From sequence record OR699282.2: DNA of 64,000 bases. The stretch is one strand, 5' to 3'. The notes beneath the pieces are model-generated. The model saw only the letters and a program-made list of their open reading frames with translations, made no database searches and was not told where the DNA came from. Positions 9,862 through 18,872 of this stretch are shown here, piece after piece (the first letter of the stretch is position 1; each line of letters starts with the position of its first letter). Both the position numbers and the translations under genes were made by a program.

Positions 9862-10345
9862 TGTAGTAGTGACAATCCTGTTGAATGCAGAAATGCATAT
9901 AAATTAGAACCTGATCCTATCGAAAATGTAGATGGCAGATGAGTAGTTCAACAGTGCGATGAGCAAAAGAAACCCGTTAGATGTGGGCATAGTTTGAACC
10001 CCTCACGGCAATGCGGCTCAATAAAGAACTCCGATAAGCATACAGAGAGTTCCTAGATAGACATATAAGGATCGCACCTTACCAGATTTGCTAAGGGAGT
10101 TTATTAAGTGATTTTAATAAACAGCCTGAAGTTTGATTGTATAGACTTTCAGGTGAGTGTCAGGATGATTAAGACTGACGACCGTTGCACATGACTGCGA
10201 TAGAGAGAAACAGAGCAACCCGCTTTCGTTCTTAATATATTTTTAAGAAATTCGCAATACAATAAATGCTGAAACCATCAGCGTCAAGAAATAGAGACTT
10301 CATTGTCTCTTTTTTATTGTCTTCATTCCCCTGCGGGGGGATGAA
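9862..10345 (+). ncRNA. Candidate large structured non-coding RNA (about 450-480 nt), family unassigned
   Basis: No ORF of 60 aa or more; strong promoter upstream; more than 10 stems including nested long-range pairs; terminator at 10293-10315; locally GC-enriched. Confidence 0.65.
10293..10315 (+). terminator. Intrinsic terminator candidate closing the ncRNA
   Basis: AGAGAC-TTCATT-GTCTCT then TTTTT. Confidence 0.6.
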
Positions 10346-10412
10346 AATGTCCTCAACAAATCCCGTCAAGTATTAAATCTTTTAAAGTTCTTTATAATTA
10401 ATTTAATTAAAT

Positions 10413-10472
10413 GAATATGAGTTACGTAGTAACGAATATTCTTCAGCTAACGAATGAAATGAGTTAGATGAA
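10413..10472. repeat. Interleaved direct/inverted repeats in an AT-rich tract
   Basis: ATGAGTTA at 10417 and 10459; TAACGAAT at 10430 and 10448; two adjacent imperfect hairpins (10413-10441, 10442-10472). Confidence 0.6.
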
Positions 10473-10534
10473 TCCAATAATATTAAAATTAATCCTTTCA
10501 TAATTCAATTCAAATAATTCTGTAGTTTAAAACC

Positions 10535-10561
10535 AAAAAAAAACCAGCAACAATGTGCTGG
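10535..10561 (-). terminator. Intrinsic terminator for the gp26/gp51-like operon
   Basis: CCAGCA/TGCTGG stem with an A9 run on the + strand (U tract on -). Confidence 0.65.
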
Positions 10562-10572
10562 CTATATGAAAA

Positions 10573-10782
10573 TTAGTGCTTCTCGTTTTGTTTTTTAATT
10601 TTTTTATTAAAAGACTTAACTAATAAGTCTCTATCTATTAATGGCATATTAAGGAGTGTTCCATAGTCAATGTTATCCATATATACAGAACATTCCATTA
10701 GTGCATTTTTGATTTCTGACTTATTCAGTTCTATCTCCTTCAGTACTTCTTGTATTTCTTCAGGAGATGACTGGAGAAGCAT
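10573..10782 (-). CDS. gp51-like baseplate hub assembly protein
   Basis: IDYGTLLNMPLIDRDLLV resembles the gp51 motif; coupled to the gp26-like gene by a TAATG overlap. Confidence 0.55.
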   Translation of the reverse strand: MLLQSSPEEIQEVLKEIELNKSEIKNALMECSVYMDNIDYGTLLNMPLIDRDLLVKSFNKKIKKQNEKH

Positions 10783-11618
10783 TACTCGAAAAAATGACTA
10801 GGATCATATTTTAGTCCATCAATTTCCCATTGATGATTACATCCATCACATTCTACTTCCATACTATGAGATACACCAATTTCAAGTACTTCATCCATTT
10901 TTTCACGAATTAGTTTAAGTACTCCCTTCGATTGTTGTCCAAGCCATTCATTAATAAATTCTTTTTCAACTACTTCATCACCATCTGGTGTTATAATTTT
11001 TGCAATAACTCCACCAATCATATCGAAGTTAAGTTGAGCCATGTTTTCAAATACTTCAGAAAATATTTTTACTTTTTCATCTTTATCAATATCAGCAGTT
11101 TCAAGAAACTTAGTCTTCTGCTGCTCACTGAACATGCGTTCAGCAAACGATGAATATTCTTTCCATGTCAGTGGTCTAAATTCTAAACGGAGTCCATTAT
11201 CTAAATCAATTGATGGGATTTCTTCAAATGTTTGTGCAGTTTCAAGAAGATATGATAGATTACGTTCAAATCGACCTTCTTTTTCACATTCAGGACATAC
11301 AACGTTAATATCATATGTTTCTTCTTTAGAAGCAACTTTAATAGCAATAAGAAGCATTTCAACGTCATTTACATACAACTCATCAGCGTCAATTACATTA
11401 GGAACACAGTTTTCAATAACACGGGATACTGCATCTCCGTTTAGTAACATATCGGGGGTATTAAGTGTCATTTCATCACGTGCACTACGTGCACAAACTC
11501 CACATTTGACACCTTTTGGACCTAGAACTCCTTCTTTATAAGGAATAACGCCGTTTGTAACTAACTTAGTACTGATCTCTTCAATTTTAGTGTACTTAGC
11601 AAGTGGATTCATAGCCAT
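10782..11618 (-). CDS. gp26-like baseplate hub subunit
   Basis: NPLAKY, ARDEMTLNTPDMLLNGDA..RVIENCVP, D.EMLLIAI..AS, CPEC and CDGC motifs. Confidence 0.8.
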   Translation of the reverse strand: MAMNPLAKYTKIEEISTKLVTNGVIPYKEGVLGPKGVKCGVCARSARDEMTLNTPDMLLNGDAVSRVIENCVPNVIDADELYVNDVEMLLIAIKVASKEETYDINVVCPECEKEGRFERNLSYLLETAQTFEEIPSIDLDNGLRLEFRPLTWKEYSSFAERMFSEQQKTKFLETADIDKDEKVKIFSEVFENMAQLNFDMIGGVIAKIITPDGDEVVEKEFINEWLGQQSKGVLKLIREKMDEVLEIGVSHSMEVECDGCNHQWEIDGLKYDPSHFFE

Positions 11619-11652
11619 TTTATTAAATCTCCATGTAATAAATGTGTTTTAG

Positions 11653-11716
11653 TATTTATAAGACTAAAAAAGATTAAATTAAACTAATTTTTATATTCTC
11701 TATAGTTTCATAAATA
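11653..11716. promoter_or_regulatory. Divergent late promoter pair
   Basis: TATAAATA on - at 11653-11660 and ATAAATA on + at 11710-11716, between divergent tail genes. Confidence 0.6.
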
Positions 11717-11748
11717 TTTCTATAATACATCTATTAAAAGGGAATGTT

Positions 11749-13953
11749 ATGGCTGGAAATACAAGTGATTACCTACTCCAGCAGTTGGTTAATCAAACTA
11801 AAGATAACAACGATAGTTTGAGTGCTATTCGTGAGTTATTGGCTGAAAATATAAAAAATGATAGAAAGAAATCCGGTTCTAAAAGTGGAAAACGTAATGG
11901 AAGTAATTCATCAAGTACTGGAAACCGTGGCTCTCGAACAAATAACAAAGCTGATGATGGTAAAGAATTTGGAAAAATATTCAAATCATTATCATCTGAA
12001 GTATCGAATGTCGGCAAAACTATGATGAGTACGTCTGCAAACGTTAGCAATGTTGTAAACTCACTAGGAATGAGTGCATCTTCATTTGCTGGTTCATTAG
12101 CAATGATCCCAGGTCCAGTTGGTGCAGCAGCATCTGCATTCAAATTGGTTGCTGACGCTGGTTTAGCAGTTTATAATGTGTTAAATGCACAGCTTGAAGT
12201 TTATAATAGAATAAACAGTGCTGGTGTCGCTCTATCTGAAGGTTACGGCTCCATATTAAAAGGTGCTGGTGCATCAATGATGAGTATTGATGCATTTGGT
12301 GAAGCATTACAAACTCATAGTGCAGTTGTTGCACAATTAGATGGTGCATATGGTGATGGTGTTTCTACATTTGGTAAATTATTGGGTACTGTGCAACAAG
12401 CACAAAATCAATTAGGTTTATATGGTGTTTCTCAAAAAACATTAACTGATTTAACTGCACGTAATATTAAATTCCAAAAGCAATTTGGTGGAAGAGAAAT
12501 GTTACGTAGTATGGATCAAGCAAAAAGTACTGAACAGTTTATCATGAGTATGACTAAGTTCAGTAAAAGTATGGGTGAGTCAGTTGATGCACTATTAAAT
12601 AAAACACAAAACTTAGATAAATCATTAGACACACGTTCAATGCAAATCGCATTACAAAACTATTCTGGATTATCTAGTAAAGCAGCAGTTGCAACATCAA
12701 AAGCATTTAACGAAGCTGCTGCCAGTATGGGTGATGCTGGTGCAGATTTTCTACGTTTAATTTCACATCGTTTAACTATTGGTGGAGTACCAGATGATTT
12801 ATTGACTCCAGTACTGAACCAATTTGCTGATTTAGGTGAGAACTTGGTACGTAGTGGTGTTACTGATTCACAAGAAATTCGCCGTCAACAATTGGAATTT
12901 GTTAAAAAGAACAAAGAACTAATAAAGCAAGATTTATTAAATCAGATACAATTAGGAAACACTACGGCAGCAACCTTCAACCAACAACTACTTGATATGG
13001 AAGCTGCGATTAATGATCCTAAGAGTCAACCAGCAGATAAACTAACACAATTCACTGATAGATTCAATAGATGGATTAGTAAAGAATTTACTGAACCATT
13101 TAATAAAATGTATGCAGATACACAAAATTCTATTGCGGATTACCTTACTGATATTGCAGACCGTACTGATGGTGCATGGGAATTTATCGGAGAGTTAGCA
13201 CTTGATGGTTTTGGTTTGGTTCCTATTGCGAAAGATGCAGTTGCGTATTTGGATAGGATTGGTGGTGAGTTTGAGCAGTGGTTAGAAGGGTTAGGTACTG
13301 AAATTTTTGGTAGTGGATATAATAAAGTTTCAGAAGCATTTGATAGCTTTATGAATAACCTAATGGATCTTCCTGGTAAACTTTGGGATTCTGTTAAAGG
13401 TTGGTTTGGTGGATCAGACGACAAAGTAAAAGTAGAAAACAATTCTGTTACCGATGGTGCAGAAAAAGTTAATAATTATTTTGAAGAAAAAATGAATTCA
13501 TTTGGTGATTATATTTCTAGTTCATTTGATGGTTTTTTAAAATGGAATTCAAGTAGAAACTTTAAACAACCAAAACCCCTTGATGAATCAGTTGCTGAAA
13601 AACTTATTAGTAGTGGTCTTGAAAATAAGCCAAGAGCAACTGCGAGAATCGAAAAATCTGAACATGTTGCACCATATGTTACCATAACTCCAAAAACTTT
13701 TGATAAATCAGCATGGGGTCCAAATGAACCACCAATTCAAGCTGAACCGGACGATTATGAGGCCATGAAAGCGATGATAAATAGTGGTAGTAGTATGGCA
13801 AATGCTAATAATAATGCCACAATATCAGAAGACATGAAAGAGTTACTTAAAAAACTTGCTGATGTTAATGAGCAATCTCTATCTGCCGTGCAACAGACAA
13901 ATAACTATCTAAGAACTATCTCTGAAAACACTCAAGGTGAGAGAAACAGTTAA
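11749..13953 (+). CDS. Tape-measure-like/baseplate hub protein (gp29-like)
   Basis: 734-aa helical Ala/Gly/Ser-rich protein, immediately upstream of the portal. Confidence 0.65.
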   Translation: MAGNTSDYLLQQLVNQTKDNNDSLSAIRELLAENIKNDRKKSGSKSGKRNGSNSSSTGNRGSRTNNKADDGKEFGKIFKSLSSEVSNVGKTMMSTSANVSNVVNSLGMSASSFAGSLAMIPGPVGAAASAFKLVADAGLAVYNVLNAQLEVYNRINSAGVALSEGYGSILKGAGASMMSIDAFGEALQTHSAVVAQLDGAYGDGVSTFGKLLGTVQQAQNQLGLYGVSQKTLTDLTARNIKFQKQFGGREMLRSMDQAKSTEQFIMSMTKFSKSMGESVDALLNKTQNLDKSLDTRSMQIALQNYSGLSSKAAVATSKAFNEAAASMGDAGADFLRLISHRLTIGGVPDDLLTPVLNQFADLGENLVRSGVTDSQEIRRQQLEFVKKNKELIKQDLLNQIQLGNTTAATFNQQLLDMEAAINDPKSQPADKLTQFTDRFNRWISKEFTEPFNKMYADTQNSIADYLTDIADRTDGAWEFIGELALDGFGLVPIAKDAVAYLDRIGGEFEQWLEGLGTEIFGSGYNKVSEAFDSFMNNLMDLPGKLWDSVKGWFGGSDDKVKVENNSVTDGAEKVNNYFEEKMNSFGDYISSSFDGFLKWNSSRNFKQPKPLDESVAEKLISSGLENKPRATARIEKSEHVAPYVTITPKTFDKSAWGPNEPPIQAEPDDYEAMKAMINSGSSMANANNNATISEDMKELLKKLADVNEQSLSAVQQTNNYLRTISENTQGERNS

Positions 13954-13964
13954 GGACGAAAATA

Positions 13965-15704
13965 ATGAGTTGGAAACGACATATGACAGTGGGAAGGTCT
14001 AAACTATCGACCATCCCGAATCAGTCCAGTAATAGCAATAAATCAACAGGAACGAAAACAAATTTCGCTTCCTATCTTCCTGTTGTATATAATGGATTGG
14101 CAAACCGTACTGAGCGTTATAGTCAGTATGAGCAAATGGACCAAGATCCTGAAATTAGAACTGCATTGAATATAATTGCTGACTTTTGTACCCAAAGTAC
14201 TGAAGATTTTGGTTTACCATATAAAATCAAATATAAAGATGATATTGGTGATACTGAAGTAACTACTATTGAAGATCGTTTAGATGCATGGACTGAACAA
14301 AATGATTTTAAAACACGAATGTATGAAATTGTGCGTGGTCTTCTGAAATATGGTGATCAATTTTTCATTCGAGATCCAGAAACATTCGATTGGTATTGGG
14401 TAAGTCCCAAAAATGTTGAGCAAGTATTTGTTAACGAAGCCACTGGTAAAACACCAGTAATTTATTATATACGTGACGTATCATTAAATTTGAAAGATAA
14501 AGTTTTTAGTAACCTTCAAGTAGGATTTGATAAAACCGCTTATCCAGGAGCTATTCCGACAACAATGGGTGGTGGTGGTTCAGTAGCTGCGGGTGGTGCA
14601 TCTGGTTTTACAAGTCAAGGAAATACTGCTGATCCATTCAGTACTAACGGTCAATTAGACGTTATTCCTGTTGGTGCAGAACACGTAATTCATTTAACGC
14701 TAAATACAGGACAAGATGGGGTATGGCCTTTTGGTACTAGTATACTTGAGGACGTATTTAAAGTCTATAAGCAAAAAGAACTTCTGGAAGATAGTATCAT
14801 AATTTATCGTGTACAACGTGCACCTGAGCGTCGTGTATTTAAAATTGATGTTGGTGATATGCAAGCACATCAAGCGATGGCTTATGTTGAAAGATTTAAA
14901 AATGAAATCCACCAGCGTAGAATACCTTCAAACAAAGGTGGAAGTACTTCATTAATGGATGCAGCATATAATCCATTAAGCATTTTAGAAGACTACTTTT
15001 TCCCACAAACTTCTGAAGGTCGTGGTTCAGATGTTCAAACATTACCAGGCGGTGATAACTTAGGACAAATTGATGACTTACGTTATTTTAATAATAAATT
15101 GATTCGTGGTCTTCAAATACCAGCTTCTTATCTACCACAAGGTCCAGATGATGGTGGTGTTTCATTATTTGGTGATGGTGCTACACAAGCTATGGCAAGT
15201 GAATTGCGATTCAATAATCAATGTATGCGTTATCAACGTTTAGTTGCAAAACATTTTGATGCTGAATTCAAAAGATTTATGGTTAAAAATGGATATAACA
15301 TTAGTACTTCATCTTTTGAAGTTATTATGAATCCACCTATTAACTTAGCTTCTTATCGTAAAGCTGAACTAGATGCTAAACTAATTAATACATATCTTCC
15401 TCTTAATGACTTGCCTTATATGGCGAAACAAACAATTCTTGAAAAAATGGGCTTTTCTAAAGCTGATATTGTTAAGAATGAACAAATGTGGTTACAAGAG
15501 AATCCACAAGATGGTTCCCAACCTTCTGGTGGTGAAGAAGATTCCGCTGGATTACAGTCTGTTGGTATTGATGCTCCAAATGATCCTGGAATGGATCTTG
15601 GTATTGATGGAGAAGGTAATTTGGAAAGTGCTGATGCCGAATACCAAGAGCAACAGAGTGGAAGTGGTGGTTTCAACCCTAATAATTTAGGCAATTCTTT
15701 TTAA
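13965..15704 (+). CDS. Portal vertex protein (gp20-like)
   Basis: YEQMDQDPEI, LLEDSIIIYRVQRAPERRVFKIDVG, EDYFFP, GRGSDVQTLPGG, YFNNKL..GLQIP. Confidence 0.95.
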   Translation: MSWKRHMTVGRSKLSTIPNQSSNSNKSTGTKTNFASYLPVVYNGLANRTERYSQYEQMDQDPEIRTALNIIADFCTQSTEDFGLPYKIKYKDDIGDTEVTTIEDRLDAWTEQNDFKTRMYEIVRGLLKYGDQFFIRDPETFDWYWVSPKNVEQVFVNEATGKTPVIYYIRDVSLNLKDKVFSNLQVGFDKTAYPGAIPTTMGGGGSVAAGGASGFTSQGNTADPFSTNGQLDVIPVGAEHVIHLTLNTGQDGVWPFGTSILEDVFKVYKQKELLEDSIIIYRVQRAPERRVFKIDVGDMQAHQAMAYVERFKNEIHQRRIPSNKGGSTSLMDAAYNPLSILEDYFFPQTSEGRGSDVQTLPGGDNLGQIDDLRYFNNKLIRGLQIPASYLPQGPDDGGVSLFGDGATQAMASELRFNNQCMRYQRLVAKHFDAEFKRFMVKNGYNISTSSFEVIMNPPINLASYRKAELDAKLINTYLPLNDLPYMAKQTILEKMGFSKADIVKNEQMWLQENPQDGSQPSGGEEDSAGLQSVGIDAPNDPGMDLGIDGEGNLESADAEYQEQQSGSGGFNPNNLGNSF

Positions 15705-15777
15705 ACATAAATAACAGTGTATAAGAATGAGGGTTTATTTTTACCCTCATTTATAATGCATATTTCAAGGAGATCAA

Positions 15778-16005
15778 ATGTTAAAGGACATCTTTGAATC
15801 TAGCAGTGATTCAATGTACGACCCTGAAGATGATCAGAACGTATATAAAATTACTGATTCCAGAAAACCGAAACTAACATTACAAGTATTAAACAACTTA
15901 AGAAAGTACCGTGAATTTAAAGCACATGAAGAACAACGCCGCAAAAATGTGGTTGCAGTTGTTTATGCCGCTGCACCAACTGGTGACGGTTCTGGGTTAA
16001 TGTAA
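15778..16005 (+). CDS. Small prohead core protein (gp68-like position)
   Basis: 75 aa after the portal; IFES motif and RKPKLTLQVLNNLRK; AAGGAG RBS; late motif at 15707-15713. Confidence 0.5.
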   Translation: MLKDIFESSSDSMYDPEDDQNVYKITDSRKPKLTLQVLNNLRKYREFKAHEEQRRKNVVAVVYAAAPTGDGSGLM

Positions 16006-16106
16006 ATCAAAAATCGCACTTTTTAAAGCTTTTAAAAAAGGCGATTTTATTCAGTACTAAATAATATCATACTTTATACGAATGTAATATATCTATGGAG
16101 GATATA

Positions 16107-16955
16107 ATGGCGAATTTAAAACTACTACAAGAAGCAATTGCGGCGTTTGCAAATGGCGAACAAGATATTGCTGATAAAAAAATGCGTAAGTATTTCGTTG
16201 AGCAAGCTCAAGAAATTAACAAACAACTAGAAGAAAGCATGGAAGATGAAGACGACGATGAAGATTGTGAAGTCGAAGTTAAAGTCAAAGATGAAGAAAA
16301 GCTTGACGAAGATTTTGATGTACAACCAGACGAAGGTCTAAATGCTGAAATCGAATACACCCTTGGTGAAGAAGATGAAAGTGCAGAAGAAGAAGTTGAA
16401 TTCTCTGCTGATGCAGATAGTGACGGTGAAGACGATGTTGACGTTGAAGTGAAAGCTGATGCTGATGTTCCTTCCGAAGACCAATGGGAATCAATCCAAG
16501 ATGCTTTCCGTGGCCTACAACAAATGTTTGATGAAATCGGTGACGGTGAAGTTGATCTAGATTCTGAAGAAGAAGTAGAAGATAGCGAAGAAGAAGTTGG
16601 CGTTGACGGTGACGACGAATTTGCTGATGTTGAATTCGGTGATGAAAAATTCGGTGAATCCTTCAAACTAGAAAAAGTTGCTCCAGTTGATAAGAAAGAA
16701 AAAGCTGGCACTCATTCCAAATCTCCAGTAGCACCAGAAGCTAAATCTCCAGTAGCAGGAGCAGAGCCAGTTAAATTCGCTAAGAAAACTGACCAAGCAC
16801 CACTACTAGACCTAGATGATAAATCTGTTCTACCAAAAGATAGTCTAGATCTTGGTAAAAATGCTCGCGGTGAAATGAAAGATGTTAAAGCACCAAAAAC
16901 TACTGCATCTAATTCTAAATCACCACTAAGCAAAGCACAACCTAAACTAAAATAA
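16107..16955 (+). CDS. Highly acidic prohead core protein (gp67-like position)
   Basis: GGAGG RBS; Asp/Glu-rich body, basic KSP-repeat tail, L.ES motifs. Confidence 0.55.
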   Translation: MANLKLLQEAIAAFANGEQDIADKKMRKYFVEQAQEINKQLEESMEDEDDDEDCEVEVKVKDEEKLDEDFDVQPDEGLNAEIEYTLGEEDESAEEEVEFSADADSDGEDDVDVEVKADADVPSEDQWESIQDAFRGLQQMFDEIGDGEVDLDSEEEVEDSEEEVGVDGDDEFADVEFGDEKFGESFKLEKVAPVDKKEKAGTHSKSPVAPEAKSPVAGAEPVKFAKKTDQAPLLDLDDKSVLPKDSLDLGKNARGEMKDVKAPKTTASNSKSPLSKAQPKLK

Positions 16956-16975
16956 ATATCTGAAAGGAGATCATT

Positions 16976-17599
16976 ATGAGTAGTATGATTCGTGAATGGT
17001 CTTCATTCAATGATTCTAAAGTTGTTTTGGAACATCGTGATAATGGATTTGGTGGGCGTGACTGCTATCTTCGTGGTATTGCTATTCAAGCCGACCAACG
17101 AAATTTGAACGAGAGAATTTACCCTTTATCTGAAATTACAAGGGCAGTAAATAACATGAACCAGCGTTTAGCTAAAGGTGAAAGCATTCTTGTTGAATGT
17201 GACCATCCAGAAACACTAACTATTAACCTAGACCGAGTAGCAGCAATGATTACTAAGGTTTGGATGGAAGGTGCTAATGGTATGGCAGAAATCAAACTAC
17301 TTGATACTGCACATGGTCAAAATATCCGTAAAATGCTAGAGGCTGGTGTAAAACTTGGTGTAAGTTCTCGCGGTTCCGGTAACGTTGATTATAATGGAAT
17401 AGTTTCTGATTTTGAAATTATCACTATTGATATTGTTGCTCAACCTAGTGCTCCAGAAGCATACCCAACAGCGGTATTTGAATCTCTGATGAGTAAGTAC
17501 GGATCACCTTGTAATAGTTCTAAAAAAATCACTGAATCTAAAAAAGTAAATAATTTAGATTCTGAAATATACGATTTTTTCAAGAAATTAAAAGGTTAA
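16976..17599 (+). CDS. Prohead core protease (gp21-like)
   Basis: ECDHP, LGVSSRGSG, DIVAQPSAPEAYP motifs. Confidence 0.93.
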   Translation: MSSMIREWSSFNDSKVVLEHRDNGFGGRDCYLRGIAIQADQRNLNERIYPLSEITRAVNNMNQRLAKGESILVECDHPETLTINLDRVAAMITKVWMEGANGMAEIKLLDTAHGQNIRKMLEAGVKLGVSSRGSGNVDYNGIVSDFEIITIDIVAQPSAPEAYPTAVFESLMSKYGSPCNSSKKITESKKVNNLDSEIYDFFKKLKG

Positions 17600-17610
17600 C
17601 ATTTTAAAAA

Positions 17611-17618
17611 TATAAATA
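17611..17618 (+). promoter_or_regulatory. Late promoter TATAAATA
   Basis: Exact consensus upstream of the scaffold gene; overlaps an 8-bp hairpin TATCTGTA/TACAGATA (17617-17640). Confidence 0.7.
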
Positions 17619-17665
17619 TCTGTATGTTGAAGTACAGATATTTCAGTACTTAAAGGAGAGAACGA

Positions 17666-18781
17666 ATGTCTAAATTAGAAAAGCTTCTAAAAGAATCATC
17701 TCTTTCTGATGAGGCAAAACAGCTAATTCAGGAAGCATGGAATGAAGAAAAGAATACACTAGCCGCAGAGATGCGTGAAGAAATGAAAGGCCGTTATCAG
17801 CAAGATTTGGCTGAACTAACCGAAGGTTTGAATACTATGGTTACTCAAGTCATTGCTGAAGAAATGGGTGCTGTATATGAAGAGAAAAAACGTCTCGTTG
17901 AAGATCGTGTAACTCTACGTAAAACACTAAGCAATTTCTCTGCGTTTTCAAACTCTGTTTTGGCTGAAGAAGTTAAACAAATGCGTAAAGAACGTAAGCA
18001 TCTTCATGAATGCATGGGTAAATTCGTTAATTTTTCTAACGGTATCCTAGCAGAAGAGCTAAAAGAATTCCACACTGAAAAACGTCAACTAGTTGAAACT
18101 CGCGTTAAACTACTTGCTGAAGGTTCACGTCAAATTGCTGAAGCTCGTAATAACTTCATCAAACGTACATCTGAAAGTGCTGCTAAATATATTGCAGAAA
18201 CCACTCAGAAGAATCTATATGCGTTGAAACAAGATCTAGTGGAAGCAAAACAAAATATGTTTGGTCGTAAAATCTTTGAAGCATTTGCTCAAGAGTTTAA
18301 TGTCAAACAATTTAATGAAAACTCATTGCTACGTTCCCTAACTGAATCAATTAAATCTAAAGAAGATGAAATTGCTCAAGTTAAGCAAGAACTACATGAA
18401 ACTGCTAATGCCGTTAAAGCTGCTAAAACCAAACTACGTATTATGGAAGATGCACAAGCACGTAATGCGATTATGTCTGAACTAGTAAAACCACTAACTG
18501 CACAGCAAAAACAAATTATGGAATCCCTTCTAGCTACTTCACCTACTGAAAAGCTTAAAGAAGATTTCAGCAAGTACCATAAGTCAGTACTTAACGGTAC
18601 TAAAGTAAATGAATCTGCTACCACTCGTCAAGCAGTTCAGTCTTCCGCTAAGAAAACTCTTGCAGAAGGTAAAGTAATCACTGGCAACCGTCAGGCTATT
18701 GTTGAAAGCGAAGAAATGACCGCTGACGATATGGCATTCCTAAAAGAACTCGATGTTCTTTCAGGTATCAATAAAAAATAA
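17666..18781 (+). CDS. Prohead scaffolding protein (gp22-like)
   Basis: Long coiled coil between protease and capsid genes; FGRKIFEAF motif. Confidence 0.85.
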   Translation: MSKLEKLLKESSLSDEAKQLIQEAWNEEKNTLAAEMREEMKGRYQQDLAELTEGLNTMVTQVIAEEMGAVYEEKKRLVEDRVTLRKTLSNFSAFSNSVLAEEVKQMRKERKHLHECMGKFVNFSNGILAEELKEFHTEKRQLVETRVKLLAEGSRQIAEARNNFIKRTSESAAKYIAETTQKNLYALKQDLVEAKQNMFGRKIFEAFAQEFNVKQFNENSLLRSLTESIKSKEDEIAQVKQELHETANAVKAAKTKLRIMEDAQARNAIMSELVKPLTAQQKQIMESLLATSPTEKLKEDFSKYHKSVLNGTKVNESATTRQAVQSSAKKTLAEGKVITGNRQAIVESEEMTADDMAFLKELDVLSGINKK

Positions 18782-18819
18782 ACATTTTAAAGCATTTTAA
18801 TAATCAAATTTTTCAGTTC

Positions 18820-18827
18820 TATAAATA
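18820..18827 (+). promoter_or_regulatory. Late promoter TATAAATA
   Basis: Exact consensus 45 nt upstream of the capsid ATG. Confidence 0.75.
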
Positions 18828-18872
18828 ATATCATACTGAAAAACGAATATAACATCTTTAAGGAGATATATA

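Noticed and set aside
9862-10345. tRNA, tmRNA, RNase P or group I intron identity for the structured region
   Set aside because: No cloverleaf/TTCGA arm with CCA end, no tmRNA-type termini, no RNase P GAGGAAAGTCC core, and no interrupted flanking exons. Left unassigned pending a covariance-model search.
16719-16757. Direct repeat AAATCTCCAGTAGCA x2
   Set aside because: Explained by the KSPVA peptide repeat in the core protein.
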